From Planctomycetota bacterium (lineage in GTDB: Bacteria > Planctomycetota > Phycisphaerae > WQYP01), in contig JAJZJL010000003.1 of NCBI GenBank assembly GCA_021810145.1, forward strand, positions 7,218 through 71,217: DNA of 64,000 nucleotides, given 5' to 3'. Within the stretch, counting starts at the first letter, position 1; each line of letters begins with the position of its first letter. This document shows, one piece after another, positions 46,276 to 55,856 of this stretch. The notes beneath the pieces were generated by a model that saw nothing but the letters and a program-made list of their open reading frames with translations, did no database searches and was not told the DNA's origin. Both the position numbers and the translations under genes were made by a program.

Positions 46276-46548
46276 CTCCTTAGGACAACATCGTACATTA
46301 TCGACATTTTGTCCACAAAAGTCCAATAGAGAGAAATATTGCATATAGCAAGATATAAAATACATATTACAGACAATAATTTCCTATAACGATTATTCGC
46401 TTGCATGAATACATGATGCGATTTTTAATGACTCAGACATGTTGCCAACCGAGACAACGCAGTGTCAAAGTCGTCACTACGCGATATTTTCAGTGTCAAT
46501 TATGACATTGAATTATAATTTCAAATTGAAAAATAAAGCCAAAAATCA

Positions 46549-47706
46549 ATGTTTTTTACACAAAAGGCCGATAATATCCTGGCATCGGCACGTGTATTGC
46601 TCAGTCGGGAGAGAGCCAAAGTCCCAAGCGCGACGGGATTTTGGGCTCACAACGATGCGGCGGAAGTAAATGGAGCAGGTTTAATGATTCATGCAAGATC
46701 AAGGCCTCAATATCCTGTGCCGGACCAGCATGATCCATCGTTTGAGGAAAATCACCCACTTGGAGGAGAATTACCCCCATGGTTGGATCGAACCTCGCCC
46801 TGGATTGCATCAGCGCTTCTGCATCTGGGACTATTTGTCCTGATTTTCTTCGCCTTTGAAGCTCTACACGCGGTCATAACCCGCACGCGCCATCCAATTA
46901 TTGTTCCGCAAGCCTGGGATCAGCATTTTTCAACGCACGCGGGTGGCAATCCGAATTCAGGGTCAAACAACAATCCGCTGCAAAAGGCGCGGCAAAATAT
47001 CCGACATATCCTTTCCCATTATGCCAATACCAGTAAGACTTCCGTTTCGGCAGTATTAAATTCTTCCGCCACCAAGGCGCTTAATTTTATTGCCGTTGGA
47101 CCGCAGGGAGGCGCATCAGGCGGTCCGCTGGCGTCATTCGGCATTCCCGGCGGAGGCATGGGGTCCGGACCGCCGTCGCGATTTCTGGGGCGCGGCGGCA
47201 ACGCGACACGCATTGTCTATATCGTTGATCATTCCGGATTAATGTTTTACAATTTTGAATTCGTTGGGCATGAACTGCGAAAGTCCATTAATCAACTCGT
47301 ACCGATTCAACGGTTCGCTGTAATCCTGGTAAGCCAGCAAGCCAGAGCTTTGGGCATGGCGGGCCTTACACACGCAACAATTTTGGCCAAAAAGGCGTTT
47401 TCAAGCCAATTTTCGAGTGTGCAGCCCCACGGTGCGGGACGCGGCCTTCTGGTGGGATATGTCAACGCCTTCCGCATCGCCTTCCGACTGCATCCGCAAA
47501 TTATCTATTTTGTCACCAACGGCGGATTCAACCCCAGTCTTGCCGAGAGCGTAAAAAAAATGGATACCCATGGCACGCATGTGTTTACCTATACGTTTTT
47601 GAACGGTCATTCAAGCCAGTTTCAGGCGCAGTTGCGGCTCTATTCCGGCGCGTTGAAGAAAATTGCAAAAGAGACCGGAGGGCAATACCGCCTTATTAGA
47701 GAATAA
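46549..47706 (+). CDS. membrane-anchored protein with C-terminal von Willebrand factor A-like domain (degenerate MIDAS)
   Basis: TM 'WIASALLHLGLFVLIFFAF'. The vWA pattern is 'RIVYIVDHSGLM', 'QRFAVILVSQQA', 'IIYFVTNGG', 'THVFTYTF' and 'IAKETGGQYRLI'. DxSxS reads DHSGL and the usual TDG reads TNGG. The start codon is uncertain. Confidence 0.45.
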   Translation: MFFTQKADNILASARVLLSRERAKVPSATGFWAHNDAAEVNGAGLMIHARSRPQYPVPDQHDPSFEENHPLGGELPPWLDRTSPWIASALLHLGLFVLIFFAFEALHAVITRTRHPIIVPQAWDQHFSTHAGGNPNSGSNNNPLQKARQNIRHILSHYANTSKTSVSAVLNSSATKALNFIAVGPQGGASGGPLASFGIPGGGMGSGPPSRFLGRGGNATRIVYIVDHSGLMFYNFEFVGHELRKSINQLVPIQRFAVILVSQQARALGMAGLTHATILAKKAFSSQFSSVQPHGAGRGLLVGYVNAFRIAFRLHPQIIYFVTNGGFNPSLAESVKKMDTHGTHVFTYTFLNGHSSQFQAQLRLYSGALKKIAKETGGQYRLIRE

Positions 47707-47792
47707 TCTGTAACATCCGGCGATCGATGTTCCGCCGGAATAAAATGAAATCACCCGGCAAAAGCCGATAATCATCACAAAGGAGTTTCTTC

Positions 47793-48650
47793 ATGTTCAG
47801 CAGTTATGCACGTTCCCGCTTCCGTATCATTCTTCTTGGCGTGTTGTTTCTTGGCACGCTTGTGGCGCTGAGCCACACCGCCATGGCACAAAGTGCCGGC
47901 GGCGGTGGCAGCGGAGGTGCCAGCGCTTACCATCCGAATCCCATTTTGTGGGGTTTGGATATTACCGTTATCGTCGTACTGGTAGGCTGCTCACTGGCCA
48001 GTATTGCCCTGATCTTTGATGCCATACTGCATTTGCGCGAAAGCAAAATCGCCCCCATTGAAACCACGGAGCATATCCGTTCACTCATTGATTCCAGGCA
48101 GCTTAAGGAACTTATTGATTTTACGGCGGCCGACCAATCATTTGTCAGCAGAGCCATGCAGGCGGGCATTCGGCGCGCTCATCTGGGCTACGGTGCCATG
48201 CGGGAAGGACTGGAAAGCGCGGTATCGGAAAACAGTTCCAATCTTTTCCGGCGCATTGAGATGCTCAACGTCATCGGCAACATCGGACCGCTGATTGGTC
48301 TGTTGGGAACCGTACTGGGTATGATTGAAGCATTCGATGCCCTGCATCATGCGGGCGGGCAGGCCAAGGTTTCAGATTTGTCAGTCGGTATCGCCACGGC
48401 GTTGTGGCACACCTTCGGCGGTCTGGCGGTGGCCATTCCATCTTTGATCGCGTTCGGATTTTTCCGCATGAGATTGGATAAAATTGTCAGCCGGGCATCG
48501 GTGCTTTCTGAAGAACTGCTGGAAAGCCTGCGACCCGCGGAGAAGGCCGCAACGTCCACCGCTGCCGCGCCCGAAGGCAGCAAACCCATGGCCCGCCCCG
48601 TACCGCGGCGAACGAGCACCGGCTCCGGCGATACCGGTGCGGGTGTGTGA
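47793..48650 (+). CDS. MotA/TolQ/ExbB proton-channel family protein
   Basis: AGGAG RBS, signal-like N-terminus and the conserved 'IGPLIGLLGTVLGMIEAF...LSVGIATAL' region. Confidence 0.85.
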   Translation: MFSSYARSRFRIILLGVLFLGTLVALSHTAMAQSAGGGGSGGASAYHPNPILWGLDITVIVVLVGCSLASIALIFDAILHLRESKIAPIETTEHIRSLIDSRQLKELIDFTAADQSFVSRAMQAGIRRAHLGYGAMREGLESAVSENSSNLFRRIEMLNVIGNIGPLIGLLGTVLGMIEAFDALHHAGGQAKVSDLSVGIATALWHTFGGLAVAIPSLIAFGFFRMRLDKIVSRASVLSEELLESLRPAEKAATSTAAAPEGSKPMARPVPRRTSTGSGDTGAGV

Positions 48651-48728
48651 GGAAGCAATCAGAACCTCTTTGCGCCGAGCCGGTTTGACGGCAAACAGGG
48701 CGAAAGAAGTTGAACAGGAGTTTGCACA

Positions 48729-49169
48729 GTGAAAATTCGCGGCATAAAACCGATGCAGGACACACATGTGAATGTCACGCCGCTGATTGACATTATCATG
48801 TGTCTGATCATTTTCTTTTTACTCGTGGGCCACATCGCCAAGGCGGCTTCGGTGAAAGGAATTAAAATTCCATCAGCCAAAAATGGCAGAGACATGCGCG
48901 ACAAAAGCGATCAGTTGATTATCAATCTCGTGCCACCGGTTGGCGGATATGGCGATAATGCGGTTCCATCGATTCTAATATGGAGCAATCAAATTCCCGA
49001 GAGCGAATTGGCCGGCTACCTGCGTAAGCAGAAAAGTGAAAACCCGAAAATGAAGGTTGTTCTGCGGGCGGACCGTTCGATCCCCTATAAATTTGTCGCC
49101 CCGGTATTGATCAGTTGTGCGCAGGCGCGTATTGCCAGCATCCATTTTATGACCCGAAGGCCCGGTTGA
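48729..49169 (+). CDS. ExbD/TolR family biopolymer transport protein (1)
   Basis: 'VNVTPLIDIIMCLIIFFLL' TM block and a periplasmic domain 'KVVLRADRSIPYKFVAPVL'. GTG start at 48729 (an alternative ATG lies at 48753). Confidence 0.85.
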   Translation: MKIRGIKPMQDTHVNVTPLIDIIMCLIIFFLLVGHIAKAASVKGIKIPSAKNGRDMRDKSDQLIINLVPPVGGYGDNAVPSILIWSNQIPESELAGYLRKQKSENPKMKVVLRADRSIPYKFVAPVLISCAQARIASIHFMTRRPG

Positions 49170-49202
49170 TACGCGGTTTATTGAATCCAGAGAGGTTCGT
49201 TG

Positions 49203-49670
49203 ATGTCCCTGTCCAAAAAACACGCTCGCCGCTCCATGCACGCCGCCCATCATGTCGGCCCGAACATGACGCCCATGGTGGATGTGGTGATGGTTATTCT
49301 CATATTTTTCATGCTCGGAAGCTCATTTGTCAGTCCGGACTGGTATTTAACCAACAATACGCCCGCCATCAAGGGCGGTTTATCCAATGTTAAAACCAAT
49401 GCCATGCCTCCGACGCGCATTAACATCAAATTGCGCGTGCGCGGCACGCATACAATCGCCATTTTGCCGGGCCTGCAAACCGGTGATCTTTCCGGTGAAC
49501 TGGCCACGTTTCTGACCAACAAGCACAAAGCGCTGGTTAAAGGAGTGCCGGTTCAGATATTTATCTCGCCTTCCAATGGCGTACCGTATAAGGATATCAT
49601 CACCACGTATAGTGATTGCATTCAGGCCCGGTTCAAACAAGTGGCGTTTCGGCCACCGCCGGCCCAATGA
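49203..49670 (+). CDS. ExbD/TolR family biopolymer transport protein (2)
   Basis: 'PNMTPMVDVVMVILIFFML' and 'IFISPSNGVPYKDIITTYS'. The ATG at 49203 comes one codon after the track's TTG. Confidence 0.85.
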   Translation: MSLSKKHARRSMHAAHHVGPNMTPMVDVVMVILIFFMLGSSFVSPDWYLTNNTPAIKGGLSNVKTNAMPPTRINIKLRVRGTHTIAILPGLQTGDLSGELATFLTNKHKALVKGVPVQIFISPSNGVPYKDIITTYSDCIQARFKQVAFRPPPAQ

Positions 49671-49776
49671 GCAACTGCGGAGAAAGCAGGAGTTGAAACA
49701 GCCTTGCGGCGCGGCAAAGCATCAGACGTCCGCTGTTGCGGGCAACCGCCTCTAACCCGGGCGATATTGTTAATCA

Positions 49777-52404
49777 ATGAAGGAATTCGTCACCATGCCG
49801 GGAATTCAAAAGCACATCATCACGCTGACCTCGATATTCTCCCTTGCGGTTGCAGCAGTTGTTCAGGCGGCACCGACTCCCGCCGCGACGCAGGCACCTT
49901 CGACTCCTGATCGTGCTTCACAGCGCGTGGCGCACCTGGAACAGACTCATGCGGCGGCCAGGATTTCGACCGCGCTGAAGCATGCCACCACGCCCGAAGA
50001 AAAATCGCTGTACGGGGCAGCCGACATTTTCTGCACCTGGGAAAAATTCAAAAACGATCCCGCCCGACAACAACAATCAGGGGTCGAATTTATCCATGAC
50101 GTGGGGAGTTATCTCAAAGCCACCGGCGGTCACGTTGACCCCGCATGGGCATCAATCCAAGCGCAATTCATACTGGCTAATTTAACCACCAATGCGGTTA
50201 ATCAAATTGAATTCTGGTCCGGCACGCCGGCGCTGCGGCGGCAGTTATTACCCGCTGCCATGCTGGGGCGGAAATTGTTAAAAATAGCTCTGACGCACTA
50301 TTCCGATGTGGTCACCAAGCTGAACAACGCGACCACGTTTTCACACGCCGACGAGATTCTCTACACCAAGGCGCTCAATGGTCAGCGCGACGCCGGTTAT
50401 TATCTGGCCTATGCTGATTATTTCGCCGGTCTGGCCATGCCGCCAGGTGGAAAGGCCCGCGAAGCGCTGCTGGCGTCGGCCATTAAACGCATCTCACCCT
50501 ACACCGGATCGCAAAACAACGGGGTTTATTACCGCGCGGTGCTGTTGCGCGGCAAAGCGTTTCTCCACAATGGTCAGTACAACAAAGCCATCCGCGACTT
50601 GACCACCGCGCAAAGCGCCCATGCCCCGGTGTGGCTGCAATACGACGCGCGCTATCAGCAGGTCACAGCCTTGCTGCGCAGTGGAAAATACCATCAGGCA
50701 ACCGCCAAATTGAAAACATTCATGACCTGGACCACCCGGCAGGCCGGGGCCAATTCCGTAAGCGCAAAAATGGGCGAAAAGCTGCTGGCTTTTCGCATCG
50801 CCATGGCAACCGCAAAAACTCTGACCAATCCGGCCCAGCAGGCCAACGCGCAGGCCGCAGCGGAAAAAATTGTCAGCGATGTCATCAGTAAAGCGCCGCA
50901 ATATCAAGGCCTTATTTTCTCGCATCTGGCACAAGGTATTGCGGGCAAGGGCGATACGGCCAAGCTTCCGCCGCTGCAGGTTCTGGCCCGGGCATGGCTG
51001 GAGGCGCAGAATCCGGCAACCGGAAGCCAGCGGCAGGCCATGGCCACCGCCCAAGGCCTTTTGCAGCAGAAAAAGCTGCCGGCACCGATCCGCGCCGAGG
51101 CCACACTGATCACAGCCATTACGGCATCGCAACTCGGCGAAATAGACCTCGCCGCCCGTATGAATGTCGCCTTTGTACGCATGGCCCCGAGCGATCCGCG
51201 AGCCAAACACGCCATTGCCCTGGCCCTCTCGGAACTGGCGCAACTTAATGAATCGCGCCAGGTGCCCGCGGGCATTAAAGCTCTGACCACCGAAGCAATC
51301 AGCCTAGACTGGCGGCACTTTCATGATCCGCAGATTCGCTTTCCGTACGCCCTGCAACTGGAAAATTCCGGCCAATATGCCCAAGCCATCAGATTATTCA
51401 ATGGAATTCCGTCAACCGATGCACTGTATCTTGATGCGCAATATCAACTGGTACGGATCCGTGCGGAAGAACTCAGTGCCATGGGAACCCAAAAGGTTTC
51501 AGAACTCAAGCAACGCCACGCCGCCCGGCAATTGCTGAAAGTCGCATCCCATTACCTGCAACTGCTGGATCATCCGCCCGCATCCGCCAGCAAAAGCGTA
51601 TTGGCCAGGGCAAAAACGTACCGGGTTAATATTCTCATGCTGGAAGCGGGAACCGCCATTGATCCGCTGCGCAATCCCTTTCGGGCCGGGCAGTTTCTGG
51701 ATCAATTGACGGCCATGGATGGGCAGCTTTCACCCAAGTTGCGCGGCATTCTGCTGCGTTACCGCATCCGGCAATATCAGCTTGCCGGGGAAAACAACAA
51801 AATTCTTCCGCTGGTACAGAAATTTGCCAGTCAGTCCACGCAGAATTCAACGGATGTTATCAAGGGTCTTATTGGCCAGTATGATCAGGAAAGCAGACGC
51901 ATTCGGAACACAGACCCGGGTAAGTCGCAACGGCTTGCCGCCAGCGCGGCGGCTCTTTTGAACCAGTTGATTGTGTCGCTGCAAAGCCAGCCGGGCCAAA
52001 AAAATAAAGCCGATATATATGCCTACCGCCAGATCATGGCCTCTGAACTCAGCCGCGCCGGCGAGGGGCAACAGGCCTGGGAATTATTTAAGACACTGGA
52101 AAAGCAGCGCCCCGGCGATATGACCAATTTTATCGGTGCAGCCCGGGCTTTATATGCGGCCGGACATTTTAACCACGCCCACAGCATTTATGTGCGGCTG
52201 ATTCCACAACTGGAGCCAGGCTCGGAAATATACTGGCAAGCCTACTATTATCTGATTCGCTGTAACGTAAAAGCCAGCGCCTATGAAGATCAAACCCGGT
52301 CCGCGCTTAAGCAGCTTGTCGCCCTGTATGGAAAGCAGATTGGCGGCAAGGAATATCACCATCAATTTGAATTGTTATTGCACGAGTTCAATCTGACGGA
52401 TTAA
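49777..52404 (+). CDS. secreted 875-aa all-helical repeat (TPR-like) protein
   Basis: Signal peptide 'LTSIFSLAVAAVVQA' and repetitive helical composition with TPR-like 'Y..A...........G.Y..A' spacing. It is the last gene of the ExbBD cluster. No family was assigned. Confidence 0.5.
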   Translation: MKEFVTMPGIQKHIITLTSIFSLAVAAVVQAAPTPAATQAPSTPDRASQRVAHLEQTHAAARISTALKHATTPEEKSLYGAADIFCTWEKFKNDPARQQQSGVEFIHDVGSYLKATGGHVDPAWASIQAQFILANLTTNAVNQIEFWSGTPALRRQLLPAAMLGRKLLKIALTHYSDVVTKLNNATTFSHADEILYTKALNGQRDAGYYLAYADYFAGLAMPPGGKAREALLASAIKRISPYTGSQNNGVYYRAVLLRGKAFLHNGQYNKAIRDLTTAQSAHAPVWLQYDARYQQVTALLRSGKYHQATAKLKTFMTWTTRQAGANSVSAKMGEKLLAFRIAMATAKTLTNPAQQANAQAAAEKIVSDVISKAPQYQGLIFSHLAQGIAGKGDTAKLPPLQVLARAWLEAQNPATGSQRQAMATAQGLLQQKKLPAPIRAEATLITAITASQLGEIDLAARMNVAFVRMAPSDPRAKHAIALALSELAQLNESRQVPAGIKALTTEAISLDWRHFHDPQIRFPYALQLENSGQYAQAIRLFNGIPSTDALYLDAQYQLVRIRAEELSAMGTQKVSELKQRHAARQLLKVASHYLQLLDHPPASASKSVLARAKTYRVNILMLEAGTAIDPLRNPFRAGQFLDQLTAMDGQLSPKLRGILLRYRIRQYQLAGENNKILPLVQKFASQSTQNSTDVIKGLIGQYDQESRRIRNTDPGKSQRLAASAAALLNQLIVSLQSQPGQKNKADIYAYRQIMASELSRAGEGQQAWELFKTLEKQRPGDMTNFIGAARALYAAGHFNHAHSIYVRLIPQLEPGSEIYWQAYYYLIRCNVKASAYEDQTRSALKQLVALYGKQIGGKEYHHQFELLLHEFNLTD

Positions 52405-52459
52405 CGGCTGATCCTTGACCGGCGATGCGGATTCGGATACTTTAATATATACGCGAATC

Positions 52460-52532
52460 GGGGGCATAGCTCAGTTGGGAGAGCGTCTCGATGGCATCGA
52501 GAAGGTCAGGGGTTCGAGCCCCCTTGCCTCCA
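52460..52532 (+). tRNA. tRNA-Ala (anticodon GGC)
   Basis: Cloverleaf read by hand. Acceptor GGGGGCA/TGCCTCC has the G3:U70 alanine identity pair. D-arm is TAGCTCAGTTGGGAGAGC, anticodon stem-loop is TCTCG-ATGGCAT-CGAGA, T-arm is AGGGG-TTCGAGC-CCCCT and the discriminator is A. CCA is not encoded. Confidence 0.9.
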
Positions 52533-52542
52533 ATTTCGTAAA

Positions 52543-52573
52543 GGCCGCGATGTTTACCCATCGTGGCCTTTTT
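52543..52573 (+). terminator. Rho-independent terminator after tRNA-Ala
   Basis: GGCCGCGATG-tttacc-CATCGTGGCC forms a 10-bp stem with one G.U pair, followed by TTTTT. Confidence 0.6.
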
Positions 52574-52596
52574 AACTTCAAAACTGGAACCACGGA

Positions 52597-53460
52597 ATGA
52601 AAGAATACCTTGATCTGGTCCAACTGGTCATGGACAAAGGCACCCGCAAAGCCAGCCGTACCGGTGTGGATACCATCAGCTACTTCGGCGCATTTTACAA
52701 AGTGAATCTCGCCAATGGCTTTCCGCTGCTGACCACCAAAAAAGTCAATTATCCCGCTGTGCTTAAGGAACTGCTTTGGTATCTATCCGGGGAGGAACAC
52801 ATCCGAAACCTCCGCAAGCAGACCAAAATCTGGGACGCCTGGGCCGACGAAAATGGCGAACTGGAAACCGCATATGGCCGGTATTGGCGGCGCTTTCCCC
52901 ATCCCGTGCAAAAAAGCCACGCCCCGGTTGCGCAGACGGGCCAGACCTCCGCGCCGGTGGAGGAAATTGATCAAATCGGCTATGTCATCAAGGAAATTAA
53001 ACGCAACCCCAACAGCCGGCGGCTGGTTGTCAGCGCCTGGGAACCGGGCAACGCCGAAACCAGCAAGCTGCCTCCATGCCATTACAGCTTTGTATTTCAG
53101 GTGCTTGATGGCAAACTCAATTGCCACCTTTCGCAGAGATCAGGCGACATCGCCCTGGGCATACCCTTCAACCTGGCCTGCTATGCCACGCTTACACAAA
53201 TGATCGCACAGGAGTGTGGGTTGGGGGTTGGCGAGTTCGCCCACACCATCGTCGATGCCCATATCTATGTTGCAAGCCCGGACGGAAATATGGCGGAATA
53301 CGATCATCTCGCCGGCCTGCAGGAGCAACTCAAGCGTTCACCGCGGCCGTTACCGCAACTGGAAATCGCCCGCAAACCGTTCGCAGAATTAACGTACGAT
53401 GACTTTAAACTAACAGGCTACGACCCCCATCCCGCAATCCAATTCAAAGTGGCGGTGTGA
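52597..53460 (+). CDS. thyA: thymidylate synthase (ThyA type)
   Basis: 'GTRKASRTGVDT', 'LLWYLSG', active-site 'LPPCHYSFVFQV' and 'QRSGDIALGIPFNLA'. Confidence 0.9.
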   Translation: MKEYLDLVQLVMDKGTRKASRTGVDTISYFGAFYKVNLANGFPLLTTKKVNYPAVLKELLWYLSGEEHIRNLRKQTKIWDAWADENGELETAYGRYWRRFPHPVQKSHAPVAQTGQTSAPVEEIDQIGYVIKEIKRNPNSRRLVVSAWEPGNAETSKLPPCHYSFVFQVLDGKLNCHLSQRSGDIALGIPFNLACYATLTQMIAQECGLGVGEFAHTIVDAHIYVASPDGNMAEYDHLAGLQEQLKRSPRPLPQLEIARKPFAELTYDDFKLTGYDPHPAIQFKVAV

Positions 53461-53491
53461 GCGCGCGGCGGGTTGCGGGGCATCTGAAGAT

Positions 53492-54745
53492 TCAGAACCT
53501 GTAACCGATTTCCACGCCAACTTCATCCTCGGTCATCGATGTGCTGATGGGAATACTTTGTCCGCCGATATTCATCGTCCCGCTCATGCCTTGTTGAAAC
53601 GCGTGCATATAGGCTTCGGTAAGCGTCCAGCCCATTCCCAGCCGCTCGGTGGCACCAACGGTGATGTGGTTGGTCATCATGGCCGGCAGAATGAGATTGG
53701 CCACCAGATCCTGCGAGCCGATGGGATTGCTTCCGTAGCAATAGCCGCCACGAACCGTAAGCCATCGGTTAATGCGGTACTGCGTTCCGAAATTGGCAAC
53801 CCATTGATCATGCCAGTGCAGCGGCAGACTGACATAGCTGGTTCCACTCCACGGGCCGTGGATATTGAGATTGTTCATTGTCTCGTGCCAATTGATGTAT
53901 TGACCTTCCAGACTGATGGTCCAGCGTGAAGTTGGGTGAAACGCCACGCCAAAGGCAAGCTGTTGCGGATAATTCAAATGGGTACTGTATTGCCCCGGTC
54001 CGCCGGTGGGACCACCCTGCGATGACAGATTTTGATAACTGGCCTGATAGGTAAGGGGCGTAAAAATAATGGGGCTGCGGTAGCACAAGCCCAAGGTAAT
54101 ATATTTGTTCAGTTTATATAGTCCGCCAATGGTCGCCCCGATGCCAAAGGCGCTGGTGGAGTTATCCAGATTCAACCCGGAAACGGTATCTCCGGTATCC
54201 ACCGTCTGCTGAAACGAGGCGGTCTCATACGCCAGATTCAGCGCGAACCCCACACTCCAGTTTTTGGCCGGCTTCCAGGCAATGGCCGGAGCAATATTGG
54301 CAAACGACAGGTCGCTGTACGCTTCCAGACTTCCGCCGAAGTAATTGGACTGCTGATAATTAACGCCCATGCCGGAAGTTCCATAGAATCCGCCGCCGAA
54401 ATACAGATGCGGCCCAAACGCCGGGGCCAGCCACCCCAGGGCCGGCACGCCGTATACATTGGAGTGGCTGCCGATGGGACCGGCACCGAAATTGGCCTTG
54501 CGGTCGGGGAAAAAGCCCTCCATGGAAAAAGCCGCCTGCGGTTTCAGCCATGCCAAGCCCGCCGGATTGGTTATTGCGGTCATCGGATCACCGGGCGCTG
54601 CAACCACCGCCCCGGCCATACCCATTTGATATTGACCGATCCCGATAAGTTGATATCCATTGGTGGCTGCCACCTGATGGCAAACCGTTGCGGTCAGTAA
54701 GGCCGCAACCGCGGCACACAGGAATTGCTTATACGACATGATCAT
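53492..54745 (-). CDS. outer-membrane transport protein, OMPP1/FadL/TodX family
   Basis: Signal peptide, Gly/aromatic-rich alternating beta-strand pattern, N-terminal 'GYQLIGIGQYQMGMAGA' hatch-like block and a terminal '...EIGYRF'. Confidence 0.7.
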   Translation of the reverse strand: MIMSYKQFLCAAVAALLTATVCHQVAATNGYQLIGIGQYQMGMAGAVVAAPGDPMTAITNPAGLAWLKPQAAFSMEGFFPDRKANFGAGPIGSHSNVYGVPALGWLAPAFGPHLYFGGGFYGTSGMGVNYQQSNYFGGSLEAYSDLSFANIAPAIAWKPAKNWSVGFALNLAYETASFQQTVDTGDTVSGLNLDNSTSAFGIGATIGGLYKLNKYITLGLCYRSPIIFTPLTYQASYQNLSSQGGPTGGPGQYSTHLNYPQQLAFGVAFHPTSRWTISLEGQYINWHETMNNLNIHGPWSGTSYVSLPLHWHDQWVANFGTQYRINRWLTVRGGYCYGSNPIGSQDLVANLILPAMMTNHITVGATERLGMGWTLTEAYMHAFQQGMSGTMNIGGQSIPISTSMTEDEVGVEIGYRF

Positions 54746-55087
54746 TGTCCTTTCCCATCATGTTCCTGTTCCTGCCCCACTGAACAGTGTAGCCATCCGC
54801 GACATCGACGTTCCTAGGAAGTGTGCCGCTTTCACTCATAAGAAACTATCCGGCTCCGGATATAGGAAATTGTCTTAACAGGCTGTGAGTAACTTTCTTA
54901 GGCGTTCCGGTAAGCCCGGAAACTCGACGCACATTCGCCTTGCGGCACAAGGGTTTTATTGGCATGCCGCGGAATTTCCCGCAGCCCCCTCGGTACCGCC
55001 CCGGGGCTACAAATCATTTCCACGACGGCCGGAAGACCGCGACAAATGTATTGACCGCGAGATTCTAATTTCTATGATGAATTCAGT

Positions 55088-55107
55088 GATTGCATGTATT
55101 TGCAATC
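55088..55107. promoter_or_regulatory. 20-bp palindrome upstream of the ArsR-family gene (candidate operator)
   Basis: GATTGCA-tgtatt-TGCAATC has perfect 7-bp arms and ends 30 nt before the ATG at 55138. Confidence 0.3.
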
Positions 55108-55137
55108 GTCGATGTGTTGCGGATACGGAAGTGCAGG

Positions 55138-55518
55138 ATGACACGATCAGACCATAAGCAACTGTGCGAACGGCTCGGAACATTCTTCGGCCTGTTCGCC
55201 AATCCGGTGCGGATGAAAATATTCTGCTGCCTGCAGGACGGACCGCAAAGTGTGTCGCACATTGCCCGCGAGACCGGTATCACCCTGGCCAACACCTCGC
55301 AGCACCTGAGACTGATGCGGCAACTGGGGGCGGTGCATTCCATGCGGTCCGGGCGCAGTGTTTATTACCATGTCGCCGATCCGAGGTTTATTCAAGCCTC
55401 CAATCTGGTGGCCGACGCATTGACCCAGTTGAATCGTCCGGCGGCGGCAGGCCTGTTGCGGCCGTCGCGGGGGTCCCGAATGACTTTATTCCGGCCACAA
55501 GAAGTTTCTAAGTGTTAG
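55138..55518 (+). CDS. ArsR/SmtB-family transcriptional regulator
   Basis: 'FGLFANPVRMKIFCCLQDGPQSVSHIARETGITLANTSQHLRLMRQLG' winged-HTH with a CC pair in helix 3. ATG at 55138 (the track ORF begins upstream at 55090). Confidence 0.8.
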   Translation: MTRSDHKQLCERLGTFFGLFANPVRMKIFCCLQDGPQSVSHIARETGITLANTSQHLRLMRQLGAVHSMRSGRSVYYHVADPRFIQASNLVADALTQLNRPAAAGLLRPSRGSRMTLFRPQEVSKC

Positions 55519-55564
55519 CGCTGTGTGGTCCGGCAGGTGTTTACGTTTTTTGAGGAATTGGATT

Positions 55565-55819
55565 ATGGAAACGGCACATTTGGAGCAAGTCGTCCCGGAT
55601 AAAATTATTGACGCCCGCGGCACCGCCTGCCCCGGCCCCCTTCTGGAGGCCAAGAAAGGAATCGGCACCGTTAAAGTCGGACAGGTTATCGAGGTAAAGT
55701 CCAACGATGTCGGATCGCGAAAGGATATCGCCGCCTGGGCGGGGAAAATCGGCCATGAGTTTCTGGGAATTCTCCAGGCCGATGGCCACGATCGTCTTTT
55801 TGTGCGCCGGAAAAAATAA
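55565..55819 (+). CDS. TusA/SirA-family sulfur carrier protein
   Basis: 'IDARGTACPGPLLEAKK' carries the CPxP active-site motif, and the protein is about 84 aa. ATG at 55565. Confidence 0.8.
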   Translation: METAHLEQVVPDKIIDARGTACPGPLLEAKKGIGTVKVGQVIEVKSNDVGSRKDIAAWAGKIGHEFLGILQADGHDRLFVRRKK

Positions 55820-55856
55820 CATCGGTGTTGGCGGTCGTAAGGCATGGAGCTGAAAC

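Noticed and set aside
50494-51290. 249-aa and 128-aa minus-strand ORFs inside the 875-aa gene
   Set aside because: They are antisense to a long uninterrupted ORF that has a signal peptide. Their composition is Gly/Arg/Cys-rich and non-protein-like.
52460-52532. tRNA-Ala as an integration hotspot for a genomic island
   Set aside because: No integrase, excisionase or visible duplicate of the tRNA 3' end lies nearby. The flanking genes (the TPR-like gene and thyA) look chromosomal.
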